From: Escherichia phage T7
Reading direction: 5' to 3' (one strand)
Sequence record: MZ375246.1
DNA length: 37,681 nucleotides
The translations under genes were made by a program, and so were the position numbers. Shown one piece after another: positions 1-8,419 of this stretch. Below the pieces are notes generated by a model that was given only the letters and a program-made list of their open reading frames with translations, was not told where the DNA came from and ran no database searches. How positions within the stretch are numbered: the first letter of the stretch is position 1; the number at the start of each line of letters is the position of its first letter.

Positions 1-141
1 CTCACAGTGTACGGACCTAAAGTTCCCCCATAGGGGGTACCTAAAGCCCAGCCAATCACCTAAAGTCAACCTTCGGTTGACCTTGAGGGTTCCCTAAGGG
101 TTTGTCTTTGGGTGTTACCTTGAGTGTCTCTCTGTGTCCCT
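1..141. repeat. Left terminal direct repeat (TR); window begins one base inside the genome end
   Basis: 1..141 is identical to 37541..37681; sequence matches the T7 terminal repetition. Confidence 0.9.
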
Positions 142-154
142 CTCTGTTACAGTC

Positions 155-325
155 TCCTAAAGTATCCTCCTAAAGTCACCTCCTAACGTCCATCCTAAAG
201 CCAACACCTAAAGCCTACACCTAAAGACCCATCAAGTCAACGCCTATCTTAAAGTTTAAACATAAAGACCAGACCTAAAGACCAGACCTAAAGACACTAC
301 ATAAAGACCAGACCTAAAGACGCCT
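155..325 (+). repeat. Left-end short repeat array next to TR (CCTAAAG / ACCTAAAGAC-type motifs)
   Basis: Repeated cctaaag, acacctaaag and aagaccagacctaaag units visible in the sequence; corresponds to the T7 left-end repeat region. Confidence 0.7.
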
Positions 326-368
326 TGTTGTTAGCCATAAAGTGATAACCTTTAATCATTGTCTTTAT

Positions 369-391
369 TAATACAACTCACTATAGGGAGA
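369..391 (+). promoter_or_regulatory. T7 RNA polymerase promoter phiOL
   Basis: taatacaactcactatagggaga; one mismatch to the 23-bp consensus (A at -11); position matches T7 phiOL. Confidence 0.8.
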
Positions 392-442
392 GACAACTTA
401 AAGAGACTTAAAAGATTAATTTAAAATTTATCAAAAAGAGTA

Positions 443-480
443 TTGACTTAAAGTCTAACCTATAGGATACTTACAGCCAT
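443..480 (+). promoter_or_regulatory. E. coli RNA polymerase early promoter A1
   Basis: ttgact (-35, 443..448), 17-bp spacer, gatact (-10, 466..471); matches T7 A1. Confidence 0.85.
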
Positions 481-569
481 CGAGAGGGACACGGCGAATA
501 GCCATCCCAATCGACACCGGGGTCAACCGGATAAGTAGACAGCCTGATAAGTCGCACGAAAAACAGGTA

Positions 570-608
570 TTGACAACATGAAGTAACATGCAGTAAGATA
601 CAAATCGC
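570..608 (+). promoter_or_regulatory. E. coli RNA polymerase early promoter A2
   Basis: ttgaca -35 at 570..575 and taagat -10 at 594..599; matches T7 A2. Confidence 0.8.
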
Positions 609-694
609 TAGGTAACACTAGCAGCGTCAACCGGGCGCACAGTGCCTTCTAGGTGACTTAAGCGCACCACGGCACATAAGGTGAAACAAAACGG

Positions 695-732
695 TTGACA
701 ACATGAAGTAAACACGGTACGATGTACCACAT
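695..732 (+). promoter_or_regulatory. E. coli RNA polymerase early promoter A3
   Basis: ttgaca -35 at 695..700 and tacgat -10 at 718..723; matches T7 A3. Confidence 0.8.
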
Positions 733-839
733 GAAACGACAGTGAGTCACCACACTGAAAGGTGATGCGGTCTAACGAAACCTGACCTAAGACGCTCTTT
801 AACAATCTGGTAAATAGCTCTTGAGTGCATGACTAGCGG

Positions 840-885
840 ATAACTCAAGGGTATCGCAAGGTGCCCTTTATGATATTCACTAATA
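840..885 (+). promoter_or_regulatory. RNase III processing hairpin R0.3
   Basis: Imperfect hairpin (caagggtatcgcaaggtgccctttatg) just upstream of gene 0.3, as in T7. Confidence 0.55.
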
Positions 886-905
886 ACTGCACGAGGTAAC
901 ACAAG

Positions 906-1259
906 ATGGCTATGTCTAACATGACTTACAACAACGTTTTCGACCACGCTTACGAAATGCTGAAAGAAAACATCCGTTATGATGACATCCGTGACACTGA
1001 TGACCTGCACGATGCTATTCACATGGCTGCCGATAATGCAGTTCCGCACTACTACGCTGACATCTTTAGCGTAATGGCAAGTGAGGGCATTGACCTTGAG
1101 TTCGAAGACTCTGGTCTGATGCCTGACACCAAGGACGTAATCCGCATCCTGCAAGCGCGTATCTATGAGCAATTAACGATTGACCTCTGGGAAGACGCAG
1201 AAGACTTGCTCAATGAATACTTGGAGGAAGTCGAGGAGTACGAGGAGGATGAAGAGTAA
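906..1259 (+). CDS. ocr: Ocr (gene 0.3): DNA-mimic inhibitor of type I restriction-modification / BREX
   Basis: 117-aa [22 protein letters not shown]...EEYEEDEE, acidic, matches T7 gp0.3. Confidence 0.97.
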
Positions 1260-1390
1260 TGTCTACTACCAACGTGCAATACGGTCTGACCGCTCAAACT
1301 GTACTTTTCTATAGCGACATGGGGCGGCGTGGCATAGACGAAAGGAAAAGGTTAAAGCCAAGAAACTCGCCGCACTTGAACAGGCACTAG
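1259..1390 (+). pseudogene. 0.4: Gene 0.4 remnant: first ~21 codons ([21 protein letters not shown]) fused out of context to sequence from the end of the 0.6 region; 43-codon ORF
   Basis: ATG overlaps the ocr stop (taatg) as in T7; downstream text jumps to the sequence that immediately precedes gene 0.7. Implies about 563 bp deleted. Confidence 0.6.
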
Positions 1391-1438
1391 CCAACACACT
1401 GAACGCTATCTCATAACGAACATAAAGGACACAATGCA

Positions 1439-2518
1439 ATGAACATTACCGACATCATGAACGCTATCGACGCAATCAAAGCACTGCCAATCTGTGAACT
1501 TGACAAGCGTCAAGGTATGCTTATCGACTTACTGGTCGAGATGGTCAACAGCGAGACGTGTGATGGCGAGCTAACCGAACTAAATCAGGCACTTGAGCAT
1601 CAAGATTGGTGGACTACCTTGAAGTGTCTCACGGCTGACGCAGGGTTCAAGATGCTCGGTAATGGTCACTTCTCGGCTGCTTATAGTCACCCGCTGCTAC
1701 CTAACAGAGTGATTAAGGTGGGCTTTAAGAAAGAGGATTCAGGCGCAGCCTATACCGCATTCTGCCGCATGTATCAGGGTCGTCCTGGTATCCCTAACGT
1801 CTACGATGTACAGCGCCACGCTGGATGCTATACGGTGGTACTTGACGCACTTAAGGATTGCGAGCGTTTCAACAATGATGCCCATTATAAATACGCTGAG
1901 ATTGCAAGCGACATCATTGATTGCAATTCGGATGAGCATGATGAGTTAACTGGATGGGATGGTGAGTTTGTTGAAACTTGTAAACTAATCCGCAAGTTCT
2001 TTGAGGGCATCGCCTCATTCGACATGCATAGCGGGAACATCATGTTCTCAAATGGAGACGTACCATACATCACCGACCCGGTATCATTCTCGCAGAAGAA
2101 AGACGGTGGCGCATTCAGCATCGACCCTGAGGAACTCATCAAGGAAGTCGAGGAAGTCGCACGACAGAAAGAAATTGACCGCGCTAAGGCCCGTAAAGAA
2201 CGTCACGAGGGGCGCTTAGAGGCACGCAGATTCAAACGTCGCAACCGCAAGGCACGTAAAGCACACAAAGCTAAGCGCGAAAGAATGCTTGCTGCGTGGC
2301 GATGGGCTGAACGTCAAGAACGGCGTAACCATGAGGTAGCTGTAGATGTACTAGGAAGAACCAATAACGCTATGCTCTGGGTCAACATGTTCTCTGGGGA
2401 CTTTAAGGCGCTTGAGGAACGAATCGCGCTGCACTGGCGTAATGCTGACCGGATGGCTATCGCTAATGGTCTTACGCTCAACATTGATAAGCAACTTGAC
2501 GCAATGTTAATGGGCTGA
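1439..2518 (+). CDS. 0.7: Gene 0.7 protein kinase / host transcription shutoff
   Basis: 359-aa [20 protein letters not shown]..., matches T7 gp0.7. Confidence 0.97.
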
Positions 2519-2585
2519 TAGTCTTATCTTACAGGTCATCTGCGGGTGGCCTGAATAGGTACGATTTACTAACTGGAAGAGGCAC
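2519..2585 (+). promoter_or_regulatory. Intergenic region with RNase III site R1 (and host promoter C area)
   Basis: Positional correspondence to the T7 0.7-gene 1 intergenic region; hairpin potential (ggtcatctgcgggtggcc). Confidence 0.4.
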
Positions 2586-2588
2586 TAA

Positions 2589-5240
2589 ATGAACACGATT
2601 AACATCGCTAAGAACGACTTCTCTGACATCGAACTGGCTGCTATCCCGTTCAACACTCTGGCTGACCATTACGGTGAGCGTTTAGCTCGCGAACAGTTGG
2701 CCCTTGAGCATGAGTCTTACGAGATGGGTGAAGCACGCTTCCGCAAGATGTTTGAGCGTCAACTTAAAGCTGGTGAGGTTGCGGATAACGCTGCCGCCAA
2801 GCCTCTCATCACTACCCTACTCCCTAAGATGATTGCACGCATCAACGACTGGTTTGAGGAAGTGAAAGCTAAGCGCGGCAAGCGCCCGACAGCCTTCCAG
2901 TTCCTGCAAGAAATCAAGCCGGAAGCCGTAGCGTACATCACCATTAAGACCACTCTGGCTTGCCTAACCAGTGCTGACAATACAACCGTTCAGGCTGTAG
3001 CAAGCGCAATCGGTCGGGCCATTGAGGACGAGGCTCGCTTCGGTCGTATCCGTGACCTTGAAGCTAAGCACTTCAAGAAAAACGTTGAGGAACAACTCAA
3101 CAAGCGCGTAGGGCACGTCTACAAGAAAGCATTTATGCGAGTTGTCGAGGCTGACATGCTCTCTAAGGGTCTACTCGGTGGCGAGGCGTGGTCTTCGTGG
3201 CATAAGGAAGACTCTATTCATGTAGGAGTACGCTGCATCGAGATGCTCATTGAGTCAACCGGAATGGTTAGCTTACACCGCCAAAATGCTGGCGTAGTAG
3301 GTCAAGACTCTGAGACTATCGAACTCGCACCTGAATACGCTGAGGCTATCGCAACCCGTGCAGGTGCGCTGGCTGGCATCTCTCCGATGTTCCAACCTTG
3401 CGTAGTTCCTCCTAAGCCGTGGACTGGCATTACTGGTGGTGGCTATTGGGCTAACGGTCGTCGTCCTCTGGCGCTGGTGCGTACTCACAGTAAGAAAGCA
3501 CTGATGCGCTACGAAGACGTTTACATGCCTGAGGTGTACAAAGCGATTAACATTGCGCAAAACACCGCATGGAAAATCAACAAGAAAGTCCTAGCGGTCG
3601 CCAACGTAATCACCAAGTGGAAGCATTGTCCGGTCGAGGACATCCCTGCGATTGAGCGTGAAGAACTCCCGATGAAACCGGAAGACATCGACATGAATCC
3701 TGAGGCTCTCACCGCGTGGAAACGTGCTGCCGCTGCTGTGTACCGCAAGGACAAGGCTCGCAAGTCTCGCCGTATCAGCCTTGAGTTCATGCTTGAGCAA
3801 GCCAATAAGTTTGCTAACCATAAGGCCATCTGGTTCCCTTACAACATGGACTGGCGCGGTCGTGTTTACGCTGTGTCAATGTTCAACCCGCAAGGTAACG
3901 ATATGACCAAAGGACTGCTTACGCTGGCGAAAGGTAAACCAATCGGTAAGGAAGGTTACTACTGGCTGAAAATCCACGGTGCAAACTGTGCGGGTGTCGA
4001 TAAGGTTCCGTTCCCTGAGCGCATCAAGTTCATTGAGGAAAACCACGAGAACATCATGGCTTGCGCTAAGTCTCCACTGGAGAACACTTGGTGGGCTGAG
4101 CAAGATTCTCCGTTCTGCTTCCTTGCGTTCTGCTTTGAGTACGCTGGGGTACAGCACCACGGCCTGAGCTATAACTGCTCCCTTCCGCTGGCGTTTGACG
4201 GGTCTTGCTCTGGCATCCAGCACTTCTCCGCGATGCTCCGAGATGAGGTAGGTGGTCGCGCGGTTAACTTGCTTCCTAGTGAAACCGTTCAGGACATCTA
4301 CGGGATTGTTGCTAAGAAAGTCAACGAGATTCTACAAGCAGACGCAATCAATGGGACCGATAACGAAGTAGTTACCGTGACCGATGAGAACACTGGTGAA
4401 ATCTCTGAGAAAGTCAAGCTGGGCACTAAGGCACTGGCTGGTCAATGGCTGGCTTACGGTGTTACTCGCAGTGTGACTAAGCGTTCAGTCATGACGCTAG
4501 CTTACGGGTCCAAAGAGTTCGGCTTCCGTCAACAAGTGCTGGAAGATACCATTCAGCCAGCTATTGATTCCGGCAAGGGTCTGATGTTCACTCAGCCGAA
4601 TCAGGCTGCTGGATACATGGCTAAGCTGATTTGGGAATCTGTGAGCGTGACGGTGGTAGCTGCGGTTGAAGCAATGAACTGGCTTAAGTCTGCTGCTAAG
4701 CTGCTGGCTGCTGAGGTCAAAGATAAGAAGACTGGAGAGATTCTTCGCAAGCGTTGCGCTGTGCATTGGGTAACTCCTGATGGTTTCCCTGTGTGGCAGG
4801 AATACAAGAAGCCTATTCAGACGCGCTTGAACCTGATGTTCCTCGGTCAGTTCCGCTTACAGCCTACCATTAACACCAACAAAGATAGCGAGATTGATGC
4901 ACACAAACAGGAGTCTGGTATCGCTCCTAACTTTGTACACAGCCAAGACGGTAGCCACCTTCGTAAGACTGTAGTGTGGGCACACGAGAAGTACGGAATC
5001 GAATCTTTTGCACTGATTCACGACTCCTTCGGTACCATTCCGGCTGACGCTGCGAACCTGTTCAAAGCAGTGCGCGAAACTATGGTTGACACATATGAGT
5101 CTTGTGATGTACTGGCTGATTTCTACGACCAGTTCGCTGACCAGTTGCACGAGTCTCAATTGGACAAAATGCCAGCACTTCCGGCTAAAGGTAACTTGAA
5201 CCTCCGTGACATCTTAGAGTCGGACTTCGCGTTCGCGTAA
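2589..5240 (+). CDS. 1: T7 RNA polymerase (gene 1), single-subunit DNA-dependent RNA polymerase
   Basis: 883-aa ORF MNTINIAKNDFSDIELAAIPFNTLADHYG...DFAFA. Confidence 0.99.
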   Translation: MNTINIAKNDFSDIELAAIPFNTLADHYGERLAREQLALEHESYEMGEARFRKMFERQLKAGEVADNAAAKPLITTLLPKMIARINDWFEEVKAKRGKRPTAFQFLQEIKPEAVAYITIKTTLACLTSADNTTVQAVASAIGRAIEDEARFGRIRDLEAKHFKKNVEEQLNKRVGHVYKKAFMRVVEADMLSKGLLGGEAWSSWHKEDSIHVGVRCIEMLIESTGMVSLHRQNAGVVGQDSETIELAPEYAEAIATRAGALAGISPMFQPCVVPPKPWTGITGGGYWANGRRPLALVRTHSKKALMRYEDVYMPEVYKAINIAQNTAWKINKKVLAVANVITKWKHCPVEDIPAIEREELPMKPEDIDMNPEALTAWKRAAAAVYRKDKARKSRRISLEFMLEQANKFANHKAIWFPYNMDWRGRVYAVSMFNPQGNDMTKGLLTLAKGKPIGKEGYYWLKIHGANCAGVDKVPFPERIKFIEENHENIMACAKSPLENTWWAEQDSPFCFLAFCFEYAGVQHHGLSYNCSLPLAFDGSCSGIQHFSAMLRDEVGGRAVNLLPSETVQDIYGIVAKKVNEILQADAINGTDNEVVTVTDENTGEISEKVKLGTKALAGQWLAYGVTRSVTKRSVMTLAYGSKEFGFRQQVLEDTIQPAIDSGKGLMFTQPNQAAGYMAKLIWESVSVTVVAAVEAMNWLKSAAKLLAAEVKDKKTGEILRKRCAVHWVTPDGFPVWQEYKKPIQTRLNLMFLGQFRLQPTINTNKDSEIDAHKQESGIAPNFVHSQDGSHLRKTVVWAHEKYGIESFALIHDSFGTIPADAANLFKAVRETMVDTYESCDVLADFYDQFADQLHESQLDKMPALPAKGNLNLRDILESDFAFA

Positions 5241-5248
5241 CGCCAAAT

Positions 5249-5271
5249 CAATACGACTCACTATAGAGGGA
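5249..5271 (+). promoter_or_regulatory. T7 promoter phi1.1A
   Basis: caatacgactcactatagaggga. Confidence 0.85.
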
Positions 5272-5274
5272 CAA

Positions 5275-5320
5275 ACTCAAGGTCATTCGCAAGAGTGGCC
5301 TTTATGATTGACCTTCTTCC
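5275..5320 (+). promoter_or_regulatory. RNase III site R1.1 hairpin
   Basis: Palindromic aaggtcattcgcaagagtggcctttatgattgacctt. Confidence 0.6.
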
Positions 5321-5323
5321 GGT

Positions 5324-5346
5324 TAATACGACTCACTATAGGAGAA
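5324..5346 (+). promoter_or_regulatory. T7 promoter phi1.1B
   Basis: taatacgactcactataggagaa. Confidence 0.85.
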
Positions 5347-5424
5347 CCTTAAGGTTTAACTTTAAGACCCTTAAGTGTTAATTAGAGATTTAAATTAAAG
5401 AATTACTAAGAGAGGACTTTAAGT

Positions 5425-5553
5425 ATGCGTAACTTCGAAAAGATGACCAAACGTTCTAACCGTAATGCTCGTGACTTCGAGGCAACCAAAGGTCGCAAGT
5501 TGAATAAGACTAAGCGTGACCGCTCTCACAAGCGTAGCTGGGAGGGTCAGTAA
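5425..5553 (+). CDS. 1.1: Gene 1.1 small basic protein
   Basis: 42-codon ORF MRNFEKMTKRSNRNARDFEATKGRKLNKTKRDRSHKRSWEGQ; position matches T7. Confidence 0.85.
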   Translation: MRNFEKMTKRSNRNARDFEATKGRKLNKTKRDRSHKRSWEGQ

Positions 5554-5554
5554 G

Positions 5555-5812
5555 ATGGGACGTTTATATAGTGGTAATCTGGCAGCATTCAAGGCAGCAA
5601 CAAACAAGCTGTTCCAGTTAGACTTAGCGGTCATTTATGATGACTGGTATGATGCCTATACAAGAAAAGATTGCATACGGTTACGTATTGAGGACAGGAG
5701 TGGAAACCTGATTGATACTAGCACCTTCTACCACCACGACGAGGACGTTCTGTTCAATATGTGTACTGATTGGTTGAACCATATGTATGACCAGTTGAAG
5801 GACTGGAAGTAA
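5555..5812 (+). CDS. 1.2: Gene 1.2 inhibitor of host dGTP triphosphohydrolase (Dgt)
   Basis: 85-aa MGRLYSGNLAAFKAATNKLFQ...DQLKDWK (internal start within track ORF 5516..5812). Confidence 0.93.
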   Translation: MGRLYSGNLAAFKAATNKLFQLDLAVIYDDWYDAYTRKDCIRLRIEDRSGNLIDTSTFYHHDEDVLFNMCTDWLNHMYDQLKDWK

Positions 5813-5832
5813 TACGACTCAGTATAGGGACA
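5810..5832 (+). promoter_or_regulatory. T7 promoter phi1.3
   Basis: taatacgactcagtatagggaca (G at -5 as in T7 phi1.3). Confidence 0.85.
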
Positions 5833-5872
5833 ATGCTTAAGGTCGCTCTCTAGGAGTGGCCTTAGTCATTTA
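5833..5872 (+). promoter_or_regulatory. RNase III site R1.3 hairpin
   Basis: gcttaaggtcgctctctaggagtggccttagtc stem-loop. Confidence 0.55.
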
Positions 5873-5892
5873 ACCAATAGGAGATAAACATT

Positions 5893-6972
5893 ATGATGAA
5901 CATTAAGACTAACCCGTTTAAAGCCGTGTCTTTCGTAGAGTCTGCCATTAAGAAGGCTCTGGATAACGCTGGGTATCTTATCGCTGAAATCAAGTACGAT
6001 GGTGTACGCGGGAACATCTGCGTAGACAATACTGCTAACAGTTACTGGCTCTCTCGTGTATCTAAAACGATTCCGGCACTGGAGCACTTAAACGGGTTTG
6101 ATGTTCGCTGGAAGCGTCTACTGAACGATGACCGTTGCTTCTACAAAGATGGCTTTATGCTTGATGGGGAACTCATGGTCAAGGGCGTAGACTTTAACAC
6201 AGGGTCCGGCCTACTGCGTACCAAATGGACTGACACGAAGAACCAAGAGTTCCATGAAGAGTTATTCGTTGAACCAATCCGTAAGAAAGATAAAGTTCCC
6301 TTTAAGCTGCACACTGGACACCTTCACATAAAACTGTACGCTATCCTCCCGCTGCACATCGTGGAGTCTGGAGAAGACTGTGATGTCATGACGTTGCTCA
6401 TGCAGGAACACGTTAAGAACATGCTGCCTCTGCTACAGGAATACTTCCCTGAAATCGAATGGCAAGCGGCTGAATCTTACGAGGTCTACGATATGGTAGA
6501 ACTACAGCAACTGTACGAGCAGAAGCGAGCAGAAGGCCATGAGGGTCTCATTGTGAAAGACCCGATGTGTATCTATAAGCGCGGTAAGAAATCTGGCTGG
6601 TGGAAAATGAAACCTGAGAACGAAGCTGACGGTATCATTCAGGGTCTGGTATGGGGTACAAAAGGTCTGGCTAATGAAGGTAAAGTGATTGGTTTTGAGG
6701 TGCTTCTTGAGAGTGGTCGTTTAGTTAACGCCACGAATATCTCTCGCGCCTTAATGGATGAGTTCACTGAGACAGTAAAAGAGGCCACCCTAAGTCAATG
6801 GGGATTCTTTAGCCCATACGGTATTGGCGACAACGATGCTTGTACTATTAACCCTTACGATGGCTGGGCGTGTCAAATTAGCTACATGGAGGAAACACCT
6901 GATGGCTCTTTGCGGCACCCATCGTTCGTAATGTTCCGTGGCACCGAGGACAACCCTCAAGAGAAAATGTAA
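5893..6972 (+). CDS. 1.3: ATP-dependent DNA ligase (gene 1.3)
   Basis: 359-aa ORF MMNIKTNPFKAVSF...; ligase KYDGVRG motif (IKYDGVRGN) present. Confidence 0.98.
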   Translation: MMNIKTNPFKAVSFVESAIKKALDNAGYLIAEIKYDGVRGNICVDNTANSYWLSRVSKTIPALEHLNGFDVRWKRLLNDDRCFYKDGFMLDGELMVKGVDFNTGSGLLRTKWTDTKNQEFHEELFVEPIRKKDKVPFKLHTGHLHIKLYAILPLHIVESGEDCDVMTLLMQEHVKNMLPLLQEYFPEIEWQAAESYEVYDMVELQQLYEQKRAEGHEGLIVKDPMCIYKRGKKSGWWKMKPENEADGIIQGLVWGTKGLANEGKVIGFEVLLESGRLVNATNISRALMDEFTETVKEATLSQWGFFSPYGIGDNDACTINPYDGWACQISYMEETPDGSLRHPSFVMFRGTEDNPQEKM

Positions 6973-6977
6973 TCACA

Positions 6978-7010
6978 CTGGCTCACCTTCGGGTGGGCCT
7001 TTCTGCGTTT
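6978..7010 (+). terminator. TE, intrinsic terminator for host RNA polymerase (end of early region)
   Basis: GC-rich hairpin ggctcaccttcgggtgggcc followed by tttctgcgttt. Confidence 0.8.
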
Positions 7011-7022
7011 ATAAGGAGACAC

Positions 7023-7045
7023 TTTTACGACTCACTAAAGGAGGT
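7023..7045 (+). promoter_or_regulatory. T7 promoter phi1.5, altered at -16/-15 by the upstream deletion junction
   Basis: ttttacgactcactaaaggaggt; consensus TAAT at -17..-14 reads tttt here. Confidence 0.7.
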
Positions 7046-7052
7046 ACACACC

Positions 7053-7142
7053 ATGATGTACTTAATGCCATTACTCATCGTCATTGTAGGATGCCTTGCG
7101 CTCCACTGTAGCGATGATGATATGCCAGATGGTCACGCTTAA
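7053..7142 (+). CDS. 1.5: Gene 1.5 small protein
   Basis: 29-codon ORF MMYLMPLLIVIVGCLALHCSDDDMPDGHA; position matches T7 gene 1.5. Confidence 0.75.
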   Translation: MMYLMPLLIVIVGCLALHCSDDDMPDGHA

Positions 7143-7162
7143 TACGACTCACTAAAGGAGAC
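7140..7162 (+). promoter_or_regulatory. T7 promoter phi1.6
   Basis: taatacgactcactaaaggagac. Confidence 0.85.
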
Positions 7163-7167
7163 ACTAT

Positions 7168-7428
7168 ATGTTTCGACTTCATTACAACAAAAGCGTTAAG
7201 AATTTCACGGTTCGCCGTGCTGACCGTTCAATCGTATGTGCGAGCGAGCGCCGAGCTAAGATACCTCTTATTGGTAACACAGTTCCTTTGGCACCGAGCG
7301 TCCACATCATTATCACCCGTGGTGACTTTGAGAAAGCAATAGACAAGAAACGTCCGGTTCTTAGTGTGGCAGTGACCCGCTTCCCGTTCGTCCGTCTGTT
7401 ACTCAAACGAATCAAGGAGGTGTTCTGA
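7168..7428 (+). CDS. 1.6: Gene 1.6 protein
   Basis: 86-aa [24 protein letters not shown]... Confidence 0.9.
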
Positions 7429-8010
7429 TGGGACTGTTAGATGGTGAAGCCTGGGAAAAAGAAAACCCGCCAGTACAAGCAACTGGGTGTATAGCTTGCT
7501 TAGAGAAAGATGACCGTTATCCACACACCTGTAACAAAGGAGCTAACGATATGACCGAACGTGAACAAGAGATGATCATTAAGTTGATAGACAATAATGA
7601 AGGTCGCCCAGATGATTTGAATGGCTGCGGTATTCTCTGCTCCAATGTCCCTTGCCACCTCTGCCCCGCAAATAACGATCAAAAGATAACCTTAGGTGAA
7701 ATCCGAGCGATGGACCCACGTAAACCACATCTGAATAAACCTGAGGTAACTCCTACAGATGACCAGCCTTCCGCTGAGACAATCGAAGGTGTCACTAAGC
7801 CTTCCCACTACATGCTGTTTGACGACATTGAGGCTATCGAAGTGATTGCTCGTTCAATGACCGTTGAGCAGTTCAAGGGATACTGCTTCGGTAACATCTT
7901 AAAGTACAGACTACGTGCTGGTAAGAAGTCAGAGTTAGCGTACTTAGAGAAAGACCTAGCGAAAGCAGACTTCTATAAAGAACTCTTTGAGAAACATAAG
8001 GATAAATGTT

Positions 8011-8018
<8 letters not shown>
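7428..8018 (+). CDS. 1.7: Gene 1.7 nucleoside monophosphate kinase
   Basis: 196-aa [18 protein letters not shown]... Confidence 0.93.
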
Positions 8019-8351
<333 letters not shown>

Positions 8352-8354
<3 letters not shown>

Positions 8355-8375
8355 TACGACTCACTATTAGGGAAG
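8352..8375 (+). promoter_or_regulatory. T7 promoter phi2.5
   Basis: taatacgactcactattagggaag. Confidence 0.85.
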
Positions 8376-8419
8376 ACTCCCTCTGAGAAACCAAACGAAA
8401 CCTAAAGGAGATTAACATT

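Larger units (their letters stand above)
5249..5420 (+). other. Primary origin of DNA replication region (phi1.1A/phi1.1B promoters plus AT-rich segment)
   Basis: Tandem T7 promoters followed by AT-rich sequence (ttaagtgttaattagagatttaaattaaagaattactaag) upstream of gene 1.1; known T7 primary origin architecture. Confidence 0.6.

Noticed and set aside
155-325. Short tandem repeats that could be mistaken for a CRISPR array
   Set aside because: The units are 7-16 bp and irregular with no uniform spacers, and they sit next to the terminal repeat where T7 carries its known end-proximal repeat arrays. Not CRISPR.
2001-2219. Plus-strand alternative-frame ORF (72 aa) inside gene 0.7, and similar overlapping plus-strand ORFs (3724..3906, 9975..10166, 10212..10427, 13109..13426, 26286..26474)
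   Set aside because: They are embedded out of frame in strongly supported genes, have no RBS or known T7 counterpart, and look like chance ORFs.
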